From Elusimicrobiota bacterium (lineage in GTDB: Bacteria > RUG730 > JBDRED01), in the NCBI GenBank assembly GCA_043820025.1, contig JBDRED010000009.1, positions 1 through 60,406 of the forward strand: 60,406 nt of DNA, in the 5' to 3' direction. Shown piece by piece: positions 49,652-57,663 of this stretch. A model generated the notes under the pieces. That model saw nothing but the letters and a program-made list of their open reading frames with translations. It was not told where the DNA came from and did no database searches. The translations under genes and the position numbers were made by a program. How positions within the stretch are numbered: the first letter of the stretch is position 1; each line of letters opens with the position of its first letter.

Positions 49652-49679
49652 GGGACAGACCCTATACAGGGACAGACCC
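49652..49679. repeat. 11-nt direct repeat GGGACAGACCC x2 (17-nt period) in the clpB upstream region
   Basis: Exact copies at 49652-49662 and 49669-49679, 84-111 nt upstream of the clpB ATG. Confidence 0.9.
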
Positions 49680-49715
49680 GGCGCCCGGCTTTTTTGATCT
49701 CATGTATTCTGTATT

Positions 49716-50081
49716 TTAATCTTTTTTTATTTCGATTCCCAGGGGTTTAAGCTTTTGTTCCATCCTGCTGAAAAACTCTGCTTTATTCGGAGGAGTTATA
49801 ACAATCTGTTTACGTCCTTTTCTTGGAATAGCTAATCCAATAGTAATTGCTCTGTTCAGCCTCCAATTTTGCCACTTACTCTTTAAAAACCATGCTTTAG
49901 TGCCCTGCCTTATCCATGACACTTCATTGTATTTTATTGTAAGCGCCCTTATACCAAATATTCTCATTTGAATCTCATTATCTGATAAAGAATATTTCGC
50001 AGTGGATATTCCCAACATTAAAACTATAGGGCCAAACACCACTAAAAAGAATAGTAAGCCTGTTGCTATTAATTGTTCCAT
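49716..50081 (-). CDS. Small membrane-anchored protein, possibly a bacterial PH-like domain
   Basis: Start at ATG 50081 with GGAGG upstream. One N-terminal helix GLLFFLVVFGPIVLMLGI, then a ~90-aa beta-rich soluble part. Confidence 0.6.
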   Translation of the reverse strand: MEQLIATGLLFFLVVFGPIVLMLGISTAKYSLSDNEIQMRIFGIRALTIKYNEVSWIRQGTKAWFLKSKWQNWRLNRAITIGLAIPRKGRKQIVITPPNKAEFFSRMEQKLKPLGIEIKKD

Positions 50082-50180
50082 CTTAATCCTCCAATTTAAT
50101 GGTAATAATATTATATTTAAAACCAAAAATCCAAATTTTCAAAATATATTATTTTAAACAAAGCGTCTAATAATAAATTT

Positions 50181-50732
50181 TTACAGTATGTCTAAACTCG
50201 GGAGTTTTATTTTTAATTTATTGATCTCTGTTATAGCGTCTTCAGAAAGAATTGTCTTCATGTAATCCACTATTTCCGACGGCTTAATAAACGCGTTTGA
50301 GTTTCTTCTAAACACGTAATGAATTTCCCTAAGCGCGCGCTCTGAAAAAACCGCTTTTATAACATTCTCCCGAGTTAACGCCTTGGTTTTATCGAGTGAT
50401 TCATCAATCTTTCGCTGAATCGCTTCTAAGGAAAACGGCTTCATTATAAATCCGGTAGCTCCCATCCACCTAGCGCTGTCGTCAGTAATACCCTTTAGCT
50501 TGCCGGACATAAGTATAGTATTAAACATACGAACCTCTTTTAAAATATCCAGGCCTGATGTGTCGGGCAGATCCAGATCAAGCAGCACAACATCCGGTTT
50601 TATCTTCTCAATCCATTCCAATCCTTCATTACCGGTATAAGATTTATAAACCTCGTACTCCTTTTTGTCAAAATACTCGGCCAGCATATCGCAAAGGTCT
50701 TTCTCATCGTCAATAATTATCATTTTACGCAT
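50181..50732 (-). CDS. Response-regulator receiver protein with an unassigned ~65-aa C-terminal region
   Basis: IIIDDE (acidic pocket), VLLDLDLPD (phospho-acceptor Asp), MSG, IMKPF. No recognisable HTH or enzymatic output. Confidence 0.85.
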   Translation of the reverse strand: MRKMIIIDDEKDLCDMLAEYFDKKEYEVYKSYTGNEGLEWIEKIKPDVVLLDLDLPDTSGLDILKEVRMFNTILMSGKLKGITDDSARWMGATGFIMKPFSLEAIQRKIDESLDKTKALTRENVIKAVFSERALREIHYVFRRNSNAFIKPSEIVDYMKTILSEDAITEINKLKIKLPSLDIL

Positions 50733-51029
50733 GCGCTCTCCTCCTGATTTTTTAACTTAAAAATCATCAATGATTCTATCTATGTTTATCAAAAATAATA
50801 GTCGTTGTCTATAATAATATTCAAAATACAAAGGGATTAGTCAACCCATACGGCACCCCCTGTAAAATTGTTAACATTATACTTAAACTAAAAACCAATA
50901 TTTGAATTTAATATTTTTTCTCCGCTTCGGAGCTGAGTAGAGATAAATTCGGCCTGCGCGCGAAAAGGTAATTTATTGACGCTATAATCCAATTTGGACA
51001 AGTTTACAATTCTTAATAATATATTTTAT

Positions 51030-52028
51030 TTAAAATAAGGTTAGCTCCGGTTCTCCGGACTTAGGCGGCTCTGTCTCAATATGCTCGGACTCGGTATTAT
51101 TCATTGTAATATTCTCAATATATTTTGATCCTTGAATAATATTTTTTTCGCTCATTACATTTTCCAGCATACTTTCCAAACCTTCTTGATCTCCGACCCA
51201 CGAAGGCGCAACTAAGATATCCCTTGAACAGCTTGCTCCAAGTCTCTGCACCACAGTTCCGGGCCATAACTCAGACAAAAACTCAGCCAATATATCAACA
51301 TACACTTCTATATCAAGCGGCATGTACTGTCCCTGTTTATAAATATCCTCAAGCATTGTGTTTTTTACTATATGCATAGGATGAATTTTTATCCCGTCTA
51401 TCTTTAAATCCGCCATCTTTTTTGCTGTCTCAAGCATCATACGCCTTGTTTCTCCGGGCAAGCCGATAATTGTGTGAACACAAACTTTTATTCCTTTATT
51501 TTTTGTCATTTCGTAAGCGCGCAAAAAATCATCGTATGTGTGGCCGCGGTTAATATACTGGAGAGTTAAATCATGCACGCTCTGCAGTCCATATTCTATC
51601 CACACATCATAATCGTTTTTATACTCGCATATAAGATCCAGCACATTCTCGTCAACGCAGTCAGGCCGCGTTGCTATAGCAATGCCTACAATGTCATCAA
51701 ATATTCGGACCGCAGTATATGTCCTTCTTAAAACTTTTAGCGGCGCGTATGTATTCGAATAAGCCTGAAAATAGAGAAAGAATTTTTTCGCTTCAAAACG
51801 CCTTCGCGCTATTGCCATACCCTGCTCAATCTGTACCTCAATAGGAGAAATTTCTTCGCCCTTTGACTGATGAATAAAAGCCCTGTTATCGCAGTATATA
51901 CAGCCGCCTGTGCTCTTTGTGCCGTCTCTATTAGGGCATGTAAACCCTGCGTCAACACTAACTCTTTGCACGCGCAGGCCGAATTTATCACGCAGGTATT
52001 TTGAAAATTTATTGTATTTTGAAAGCAT
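51030..52028 (-). CDS. Radical SAM protein, TIGR01212 (YhcC-like) family
   Basis: FTCPNRDGTKSTGGCIYCDN cluster motif, YFQAYSNTY, GLQS. Confidence 0.88.
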   Translation of the reverse strand: MLSKYNKFSKYLRDKFGLRVQRVSVDAGFTCPNRDGTKSTGGCIYCDNRAFIHQSKGEEISPIEVQIEQGMAIARRRFEAKKFFLYFQAYSNTYAPLKVLRRTYTAVRIFDDIVGIAIATRPDCVDENVLDLICEYKNDYDVWIEYGLQSVHDLTLQYINRGHTYDDFLRAYEMTKNKGIKVCVHTIIGLPGETRRMMLETAKKMADLKIDGIKIHPMHIVKNTMLEDIYKQGQYMPLDIEVYVDILAEFLSELWPGTVVQRLGASCSRDILVAPSWVGDQEGLESMLENVMSEKNIIQGSKYIENITMNNTESEHIETEPPKSGEPELTLF

Positions 52029-52060
52029 ATATATCCTTTGCGGCTTGTGGATCCGGATAC

Positions 52061-53157
52061 TTAACCTAACTGCATTATTTCATCAACCTTATCCATAACA
52101 GCGTCTACTGAAATATCGTTTATATTATCCGTTGCGGATTGTATGTATAAATTATTCCTGCCAATAGGATTCCACCTTGCGGCAAATGTAGGGCCGAACA
52201 GGCCTATTGTACTGCTCCTGACAGCCGCGGCAATATGCAGAATACCTGTGTCATTTGATATGCATAAATCGGCTTTTTTTAAAAAACTTGCCAGATGCCT
52301 TAGTCCAAACTGAGGCAGATACATAAATCTGTCCTTTGCTAAATTTTTGCATTCTTCCATAATGGCTGATTCCCCCGGCCCGCAGGATATCAAAATTTTC
52401 AAATTTTCCTTATCCAATATTTTTTTTCCAAGCGCCGCAAAATTTTTACAGCCCATCTGTTTTGCGCCTTGCCTGCGCCCAAATGCATTATTATAACTTT
52501 GTCTTTGCTGTTTATATTATTATTTTTATAATAATCTTCATAAAAACATTCCTCATCTTTTGTGAGAATCATACGTTCGGATAGATCATTGCATACAGCT
52601 TTAAAAAAAGCCGCGTATTCGCATTTAATTAATATATCATGCTGTTTGAAATTTATTGGAATCATCAAGTTAAACAGCCTTGTGATTTTAGGCTCAAACC
52701 GAACTGCAAGATCCCTTGCTCCAATCACATACCGCGCATTAGAAAAATACGCAAAAAGTCCGCTCGTCAAAGAAAACGATATTGAATCAATCACGATTGC
52801 GGCATCGTATCTCCTGCTCCTGATTTTTTTAATAAATTTCAACAATCCAAATACCTTTAACTTCTTTTTATCATACACATATATTTCATCGATATCAGGA
52901 TTATTTATAAGAACAGCGCAATGAAGAGGCCTTACAACAACACCCAGCTCTCCTCCCGCGCCTATTAATTCTTTTAACGCTTTTATCATTGGCGTGGCTA
53001 ACAGCATATCTCCTGTTTCATTGTGAGGATAAACAATGAGAATTCTTCTTATTGTTGAATTTCTAATCTCTTCAGCTGATATTTGTTTTCCGGATGGAAT
53101 TAAACTTATAATTAACCTGGTTAGATATGGCCTTATCCGGGCTTCTATTTTCTTCAT
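52061..53157 (-). pseudogene. GT9 (heptosyltransferase-like) glycosyltransferase split by a 1-nt frameshift
   Basis: Track ORFs 52399-53157 (ILIVYPHNETGDMLLATPMIKALKE..HLGAGKAQNRW) and 52061-52456 (..NFAALGKKILD...SNDTGILHIAAAV..IGLFGPT) are the N- and C-halves of one GT9 protein. The frames join at the A5T4 run (minus strand) at 52439-52447. Confidence 0.8.
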
Positions 53158-53336
53158 AACAACACCTTAATATGATAATTTGTAATGTTAATAATATTTA
53201 TATATTCAATTTCATCTCTTATTGGGCAATACCTGAAAATTAAAAGACTGGCTTTAATTTAGGACTGATTTGTCGCCTGATTCCTTGACTTTATTATCCT
53301 TATTCGCTTCATCCGCAAAATTTAACTGCAGTTGAG

Positions 53337-53561
53337 CTACGCTGTCATTAAAAATTTGCCTTCTTCTATTGATAAATTACCTATAGTTTTTTCTCTTAGC
53401 ATTTCAAGCATATCAATACTAACCTTTGCCTGGTTAAGATTACGCTCTGTCTTGCCTGTAACCGGATTGCTTATTTTCCCCATCTGCATAAGCGCCGCCT
53501 GGCCTAACGAAAACACAAGATTAACTAAAAGCGGATTTGTTTTTTTATCCATATCAGACAT
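53337..53561 (-). CDS. DUF1844-like small protein, apparently truncated by a frameshift
   Basis: SLGQAALMQMGKISNPVTGKTERNLNQAKVSIDMLEMLREKTIGNLSIEEGKFL matches my recollection of the DUF1844 pattern. Start at ATG 53561 (AAGGAG upstream). The expected C-terminal helix is encoded in the +1 frame down to 53254. Confidence 0.65.
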   Translation of the reverse strand: MSDMDKKTNPLLVNLVFSLGQAALMQMGKISNPVTGKTERNLNQAKVSIDMLEMLREKTIGNLSIEEGKFLMTA

Positions 53562-53571
53562 AACACACTCC

Positions 53572-55050
53572 TTATTCACAGAATTTTTTTGCTTCTTCTA
53601 TGCGGGCAATAACACGATCTTTTCCTATCACTTCCATGTAGTGAAACAGGCTGGGCCCTTCGGTCCTTCCTGATGTAGCTACCCGCAAAGGATGAAATAT
53701 CCGGCCTGTTTTTATCCCGGTTTCAGCCGCATACGCGCGCACAATTTCTTCAATATCATTTGCTGTAAAATTTTTCATTTCAGAAAGTTTTTTTGACATA
53801 TCGCTTAATATTGTGAGCGTTCCTTCTTTTTTAAGAACCTTATTAACCGCATTCTCGCGCCATTCTATCTCATCCTTTAACATAAAATCAACCAGTTTGG
53901 GTATCTCAGTTAAAAGTTTTATTTTTTCCTGTTCCAAAGAAAGAACCTTTTTTATATATGCCTCTTTTTCCGAAGATACTAAATCATCAATAAGCCCGGC
54001 TTCCTTTAAAAATGGGAGCGCTAATTTGTAAAAAGTATCTATTTTTTTTGATCTGATATATTCGCCATTCATCCATAACAATTTCTGAGAATCAAAAATG
54101 GAAGGGCTTGACCCGCATCTCTCAAGCGTAAACTTTTTTATAAGATCATCCGGCTCAAATAACTGCTGGCTGTCTTCTGTAGCCCATCCAAGAAGCGCCA
54201 GATAATTTACAACAGCGTCGTGCATATATCCCTCATCCCTGTAAGCGGTAACTGCGGTTGCGCCATGCCGCTTTGATAATCTGCCTCCATCCTGGCCTAA
54301 TATCATGGGTATATGCGCGAAAACAGGCAGAGCCCATCCAAGCGCGTTGTAAATCATTATCTGTCTCGGAGTATTTGAAATATGGTCATCGCCTCTTATT
54401 ATATGCGTGATTTTCATTGTATAATCATCTACCGCCACAGCGAAATTATATAACGGCACGCCTGTTGACTTCACTATTATAAAATCATCGAGCAAAGCGT
54501 TCTCAAACACAACCTCTTTTTTTATTATATCCTTAAATTTGGTCTGGCCTGCATTATCATTTAAAAACCTAATAACCGGTTTTCTTCCTTCAGCCTCATA
54601 TTTTTCTATTTCTTTCTGCGAAAGATTTCTGCATCTTCCGTCATATTTTGGCGGCCTGCCCTCTTTAGCGGCTTCTTCTCTTCTGGCTGCAAGCTCTTCT
54701 GCAGAACAATAACAATAATAAGCCTTTTTCTTATCTAAGAGTTCCTGGCCATACTGAGCATAAAGATTACGTCTCTGCATCTGAAAATATGGGCCGTAAA
54801 TACCTTTGCTGGATAAACTTCCATTCTGAATAACAGGCCCCTCGTCCCAGTCAAGTCCAAGCCACTGCATGCTCTCAAGTATAGCGTGCACAGCCTCGGG
54901 CGTTGACCGCACCTCATCCGTATCCTCTATACGTAAAACAAATGTTCCTTTATTATGCCTTGCGAATAGCCAGTTATACAACGCTGTGCGCGCGCCGCCA
55001 ATATGCAGATACCCTGTCGGGCTTGGCGCAAATCTTACTCGTACTGACAT
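53572..55050 (-). CDS. gltX: Glutamate--tRNA ligase
   Basis: RFAPSPTGYLHIGGARTALYNW (HIGH), RLSKRHG (KMSKS). Confidence 0.96.
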   Translation of the reverse strand: MSVRVRFAPSPTGYLHIGGARTALYNWLFARHNKGTFVLRIEDTDEVRSTPEAVHAILESMQWLGLDWDEGPVIQNGSLSSKGIYGPYFQMQRRNLYAQYGQELLDKKKAYYCYCSAEELAARREEAAKEGRPPKYDGRCRNLSQKEIEKYEAEGRKPVIRFLNDNAGQTKFKDIIKKEVVFENALLDDFIIVKSTGVPLYNFAVAVDDYTMKITHIIRGDDHISNTPRQIMIYNALGWALPVFAHIPMILGQDGGRLSKRHGATAVTAYRDEGYMHDAVVNYLALLGWATEDSQQLFEPDDLIKKFTLERCGSSPSIFDSQKLLWMNGEYIRSKKIDTFYKLALPFLKEAGLIDDLVSSEKEAYIKKVLSLEQEKIKLLTEIPKLVDFMLKDEIEWRENAVNKVLKKEGTLTILSDMSKKLSEMKNFTANDIEEIVRAYAAETGIKTGRIFHPLRVATSGRTEGPSLFHYMEVIGKDRVIARIEEAKKFCE

Positions 55051-55165
55051 AATATTCTCCTATCTCTAGCATTTAGCGTATAAAATTTTACTTGGCTCTT
55101 GTGTCATCGCTTTGGCCGGATTGGGTTTGCAACCCGCTCCGCATATTCATTTCTTATTATAATTA

Positions 55166-55272
55166 TTCTGTATTCCGGCTTCTGTATTCCGGCTTCTGTA
55201 TTCCGGCTTCTGTATTCCGGCTTCTGTATTCCGGCTTCTGTATTCTGACTTCTGTATTCTGACTTCTGTATT
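55166..55272. repeat. 14-bp tandem repeat, 7.6 copies, two unit variants
   Basis: TTCTGTATTCCGGC x5 (55166-55235), TTCTGTATTCTGAC x2 (55236-55263), partial TTCTGTATT (55264-55272). The partial unit overlaps the hisG stop codon. Confidence 0.95.
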
Positions 55273-56152
55273 AATAAATTACTTTATTCAATGGATACTC
55301 GATTATTCCTTCAGCTCCCGCGCGTTTTAAGTCCGGAATAATTTTTTTCACAGTTGATTCCTTTATTATTACCTCAAGAGATACCCAGCCTTTCGCTCCA
55401 CCGAGCTGAGCTATTGTAGGTTTTCTTAAAGCCGGCAGAAGGTTCATAACTTCTTTAATCTTTGTTTCTAAAATATTCATCTTAAGCCCTACCATACCTT
55501 CCGCCTCTAAAGCTCCTTTCAATAAAATTGATATATTTTCAATTTTCTCTCGTTTCCATTTATCATTTAATGAAGATTTATTTGCTATAAGCCTTGTAGA
55601 AGATACTAAAAGCTCTTCTACAATCTTTAATTTGTTTGCTCTCAATGAGCTTCCTGTTTCTGTTAGCTCAACTATCGCGTCAACCAGAGCAGGGACCTTT
55701 GCCTCGGTAGCTCCCCATGAAAATTCAACATGCGCCTTGACATTATTTTTTTTGAAATACTTTTTTACATAATTAACCAGTTCTGTAGCTACTCTCTTGC
55801 CGTTTAGGTCTTTCACTCCCTTTATCTTAGAATCCTCAGGAACAGCCAAAACCCATCTGACAGGCCTGAATCCGCTCTTTGCGTATAATAACTCGCATAC
55901 TTCCTTTACATCAGCTCCTGATTCGCATATCCAATCATACCCTGTAAGCCCCGCGTCAAATACTCCGTCTTCCACATATTGCGCCATTTCCTGACTACGC
56001 ACGAGCATAATCTCAAGCTCCTCATCGTCGCAGTAAGGAAAATATGACCTGCTCGAAGACTGTATTTTTATTCCGGCTTTTTTAAATAATTCTATGGTTG
56101 ATTCTTGAAGACTTCCTTTTGGAAGACCGATTTTTAATTTTTTATTACTCAT
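55271..56152 (-). CDS. hisG: ATP phosphoribosyltransferase (long form)
   Basis: 293 aa. [19 protein letters not shown]-terminal regulatory domain. Confidence 0.93.
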   Translation of the reverse strand: MSNKKLKIGLPKGSLQESTIELFKKAGIKIQSSSRSYFPYCDDEELEIMLVRSQEMAQYVEDGVFDAGLTGYDWICESGADVKEVCELLYAKSGFRPVRWVLAVPEDSKIKGVKDLNGKRVATELVNYVKKYFKKNNVKAHVEFSWGATEAKVPALVDAIVELTETGSSLRANKLKIVEELLVSSTRLIANKSSLNDKWKREKIENISILLKGALEAEGMVGLKMNILETKIKEVMNLLPALRKPTIAQLGGAKGWVSLEVIIKESTVKKIIPDLKRAGAEGIIEYPLNKVIY

Positions 56153-56231
56153 TTTTATCCCTCTTTTTTATAATGTAATCCATTTTTTTATTATTAACCC
56201 TTATATCGCGCTGTACCAAAAACGCATATTG

Positions 56232-56260
56232 ATTATACTATTTCCTGAAAGGTAAGTCAA
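56232..56260 (-). promoter_or_regulatory. Sigma70-type promoter candidate for hisG
   Basis: The minus strand reads TTGACT (56260-56255), a 17-nt spacer, then TATAAT (56237-56232), about 80 nt upstream of the hisG ATG. Confidence 0.55.
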
Positions 56261-56270
56261 ACATAGAGGT

Positions 56271-56309
56271 AATAACCGAAATGCGGACCTGTCCCTTATT
56301 TCGGTTATT
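56271..56309 (-). terminator. Perfect 12-bp inverted repeat hairpin at the end of the fibre-like gene array
   Basis: AATAACCGAAAT (56271-56282) and ATTTCGGTTATT (56298-56309) with a 15-nt loop. The right arm overlaps the stop codon 56305-56307. No clear T-run follows on the minus strand. Confidence 0.45.
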
Positions 56310-57651
56310 CTATTGATTCGATTATGCCGTCCCAGATATTTATAGTCCTGTCAACTCCGTCAAGATCCCTAAACTGCATGCTATAGGTAATCCCCTGATA
56401 ATTTCCGTAATAATAATTTTGCGCGTACACATCGCCTGAAACTTCCAGCTTTTCTCTCGCATTTATTGATGAGCCTATGCCTACATTGCCGTCATTTTTA
56501 ACAATAATCCCATAATTACCGCCGTCGTCGCGAATACCCAGGCCGTCAGGCCCTTCAGCCTCTATGCGCATAGTAGTTATATATCCATTTACAGTCAGCC
56601 TCTCGGAAATATGTTCCGGCCCTGCGACACGCAGTTTATCAGCCCCTACTGTAGTTGTCCCTATCCCGATCTTTTGAGAGCTTTGATATATGACCGAGTC
56701 GGTTACCTGACTGCCGCCGCTTCCAAACTTTGCAATATAATTTGACGTGCCTGACCCTCCGACTCCTGACCCGCCGGATGCCCAAGTATAATTGCCGCTG
56801 TTATCATTCTTTAAGTATCCTTCGGCATGCGCGCTCGGCCATGACGACGCAATATTACGTATTTTTTTGATATTTCCGGTTTTATCTATTTGAAAAACAT
56901 TGTTTCCCGCTGTAAATAGTTCGTCTCCGCCATCAGTGCCTACGCCTACCTTACCGTCAGCTTTTACGCTTAAAACCGTATTTGCTCCTTTCTTAATCTT
57001 AAGAATATAATCAGCCGGAGCAGGCGATCCCTTAGAAATATGCACCAATCCTGCAGGATTAGTTGTTCCTATTCCCACATAACCTGTGTCATGTATTAAA
57101 AGCCCGTTTGTTCCCGCATAATTTAAAAGCCTTAAACCGCTGTTATCTCGAGCCTGAATTCTATCTGTGTTTATAAATTTATTATAAATAAATTCAACAT
57201 TGTCTCCAAAATATGAACTACCCTTAACTGTCAATTTATAATTTAAAGCCTGTGTTGTTCCTATTCCTATATTACCCTGAGCATTTACATAAACCACATT
57301 GGGAATACTGCCGTTAGCTGACTCCAGCGAATTACTTACAGCAAGAGTCGTAGTGCTCACAGCAATGCTTCCGTCAGGAAATTTAACACCGCTAAAACTT
57401 CCTGCCAGACTAATCGTGCTCACAATCAGCTTATAATTTCCCGGCGAAGCGCCTATTCCGACATTACCTTTAAAATATACCCGGCCGTTCGACGCAACCG
57501 TAGACACAACAACACCCGCGCTATTCTGTATCCAGAATCCGCTGGATGCATCGCTCGTAGACAGTTTTATCCTGGCGTCGCTTCCTGCATAGAGATTCCC
57601 CGCGGTTAAAGAAGCCAAAATAAATAATAATATAATTAAATTCTTTTTCAT
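56305..57651 (-). CDS. Secreted fibre-like repeat protein, paralogue 1 (GN[VI]GIG repeats)
   Basis: 448 aa. Signal peptide MKKNLIILLFILASLTAGNLYA. Repeated GNVGIGAS / GNIGIGTT / YVGIGTTNP / KIGIGTTT / GNVGIGSS. Also carries the FQIDKTGNIKKIRNIASSWP...NDNSGNYTW module. Confidence 0.85.
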   Translation of the reverse strand: MKKNLIILLFILASLTAGNLYAGSDARIKLSTSDASSGFWIQNSAGVVVSTVASNGRVYFKGNVGIGASPGNYKLIVSTISLAGSFSGVKFPDGSIAVSTTTLAVSNSLESANGSIPNVVYVNAQGNIGIGTTQALNYKLTVKGSSYFGDNVEFIYNKFINTDRIQARDNSGLRLLNYAGTNGLLIHDTGYVGIGTTNPAGLVHISKGSPAPADYILKIKKGANTVLSVKADGKVGVGTDGGDELFTAGNNVFQIDKTGNIKKIRNIASSWPSAHAEGYLKNDNSGNYTWASGGSGVGGSGTSNYIAKFGSGGSQVTDSVIYQSSQKIGIGTTTVGADKLRVAGPEHISERLTVNGYITTMRIEAEGPDGLGIRDDGGNYGIIVKNDGNVGIGSSINAREKLEVSGDVYAQNYYYGNYQGITYSMQFRDLDGVDRTINIWDGIIESIE

Positions 57652-57663
57652 AAACCTATCCAG

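Noticed and set aside
49569-49715. Sigma32-type promoter or CIRCE/CtsR/HAIR operator for clpB
   Set aside because: CTATGAAA and CCCATTGT resemble the sigma32 -35 and -10 boxes, but they are 24 nt apart against an expected 13-17 nt. No CIRCE, CtsR or HAIR consensus is present.
51809-51991. Short minus-strand ORFs nested out of frame inside larger genes (also 54735-54917 in gltX, 59807-60001 in fibre paralogue 3, 3966-4148)
   Set aside because: Each lies wholly inside a well-supported longer CDS in another frame, with no independent evidence.
55051-55165. T-box leader upstream of gltX
   Set aside because: The ~115 nt between the repeat array and the ATG contain no T-box sequence (..GGTGG.ACCGCG..) and no specifier-loop architecture.
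55166-55272. Possible CRISPR array
   Set aside because: The units are only 14 bp and directly abut with no spacers, and no cas genes are present. It is a simple tandem repeat.
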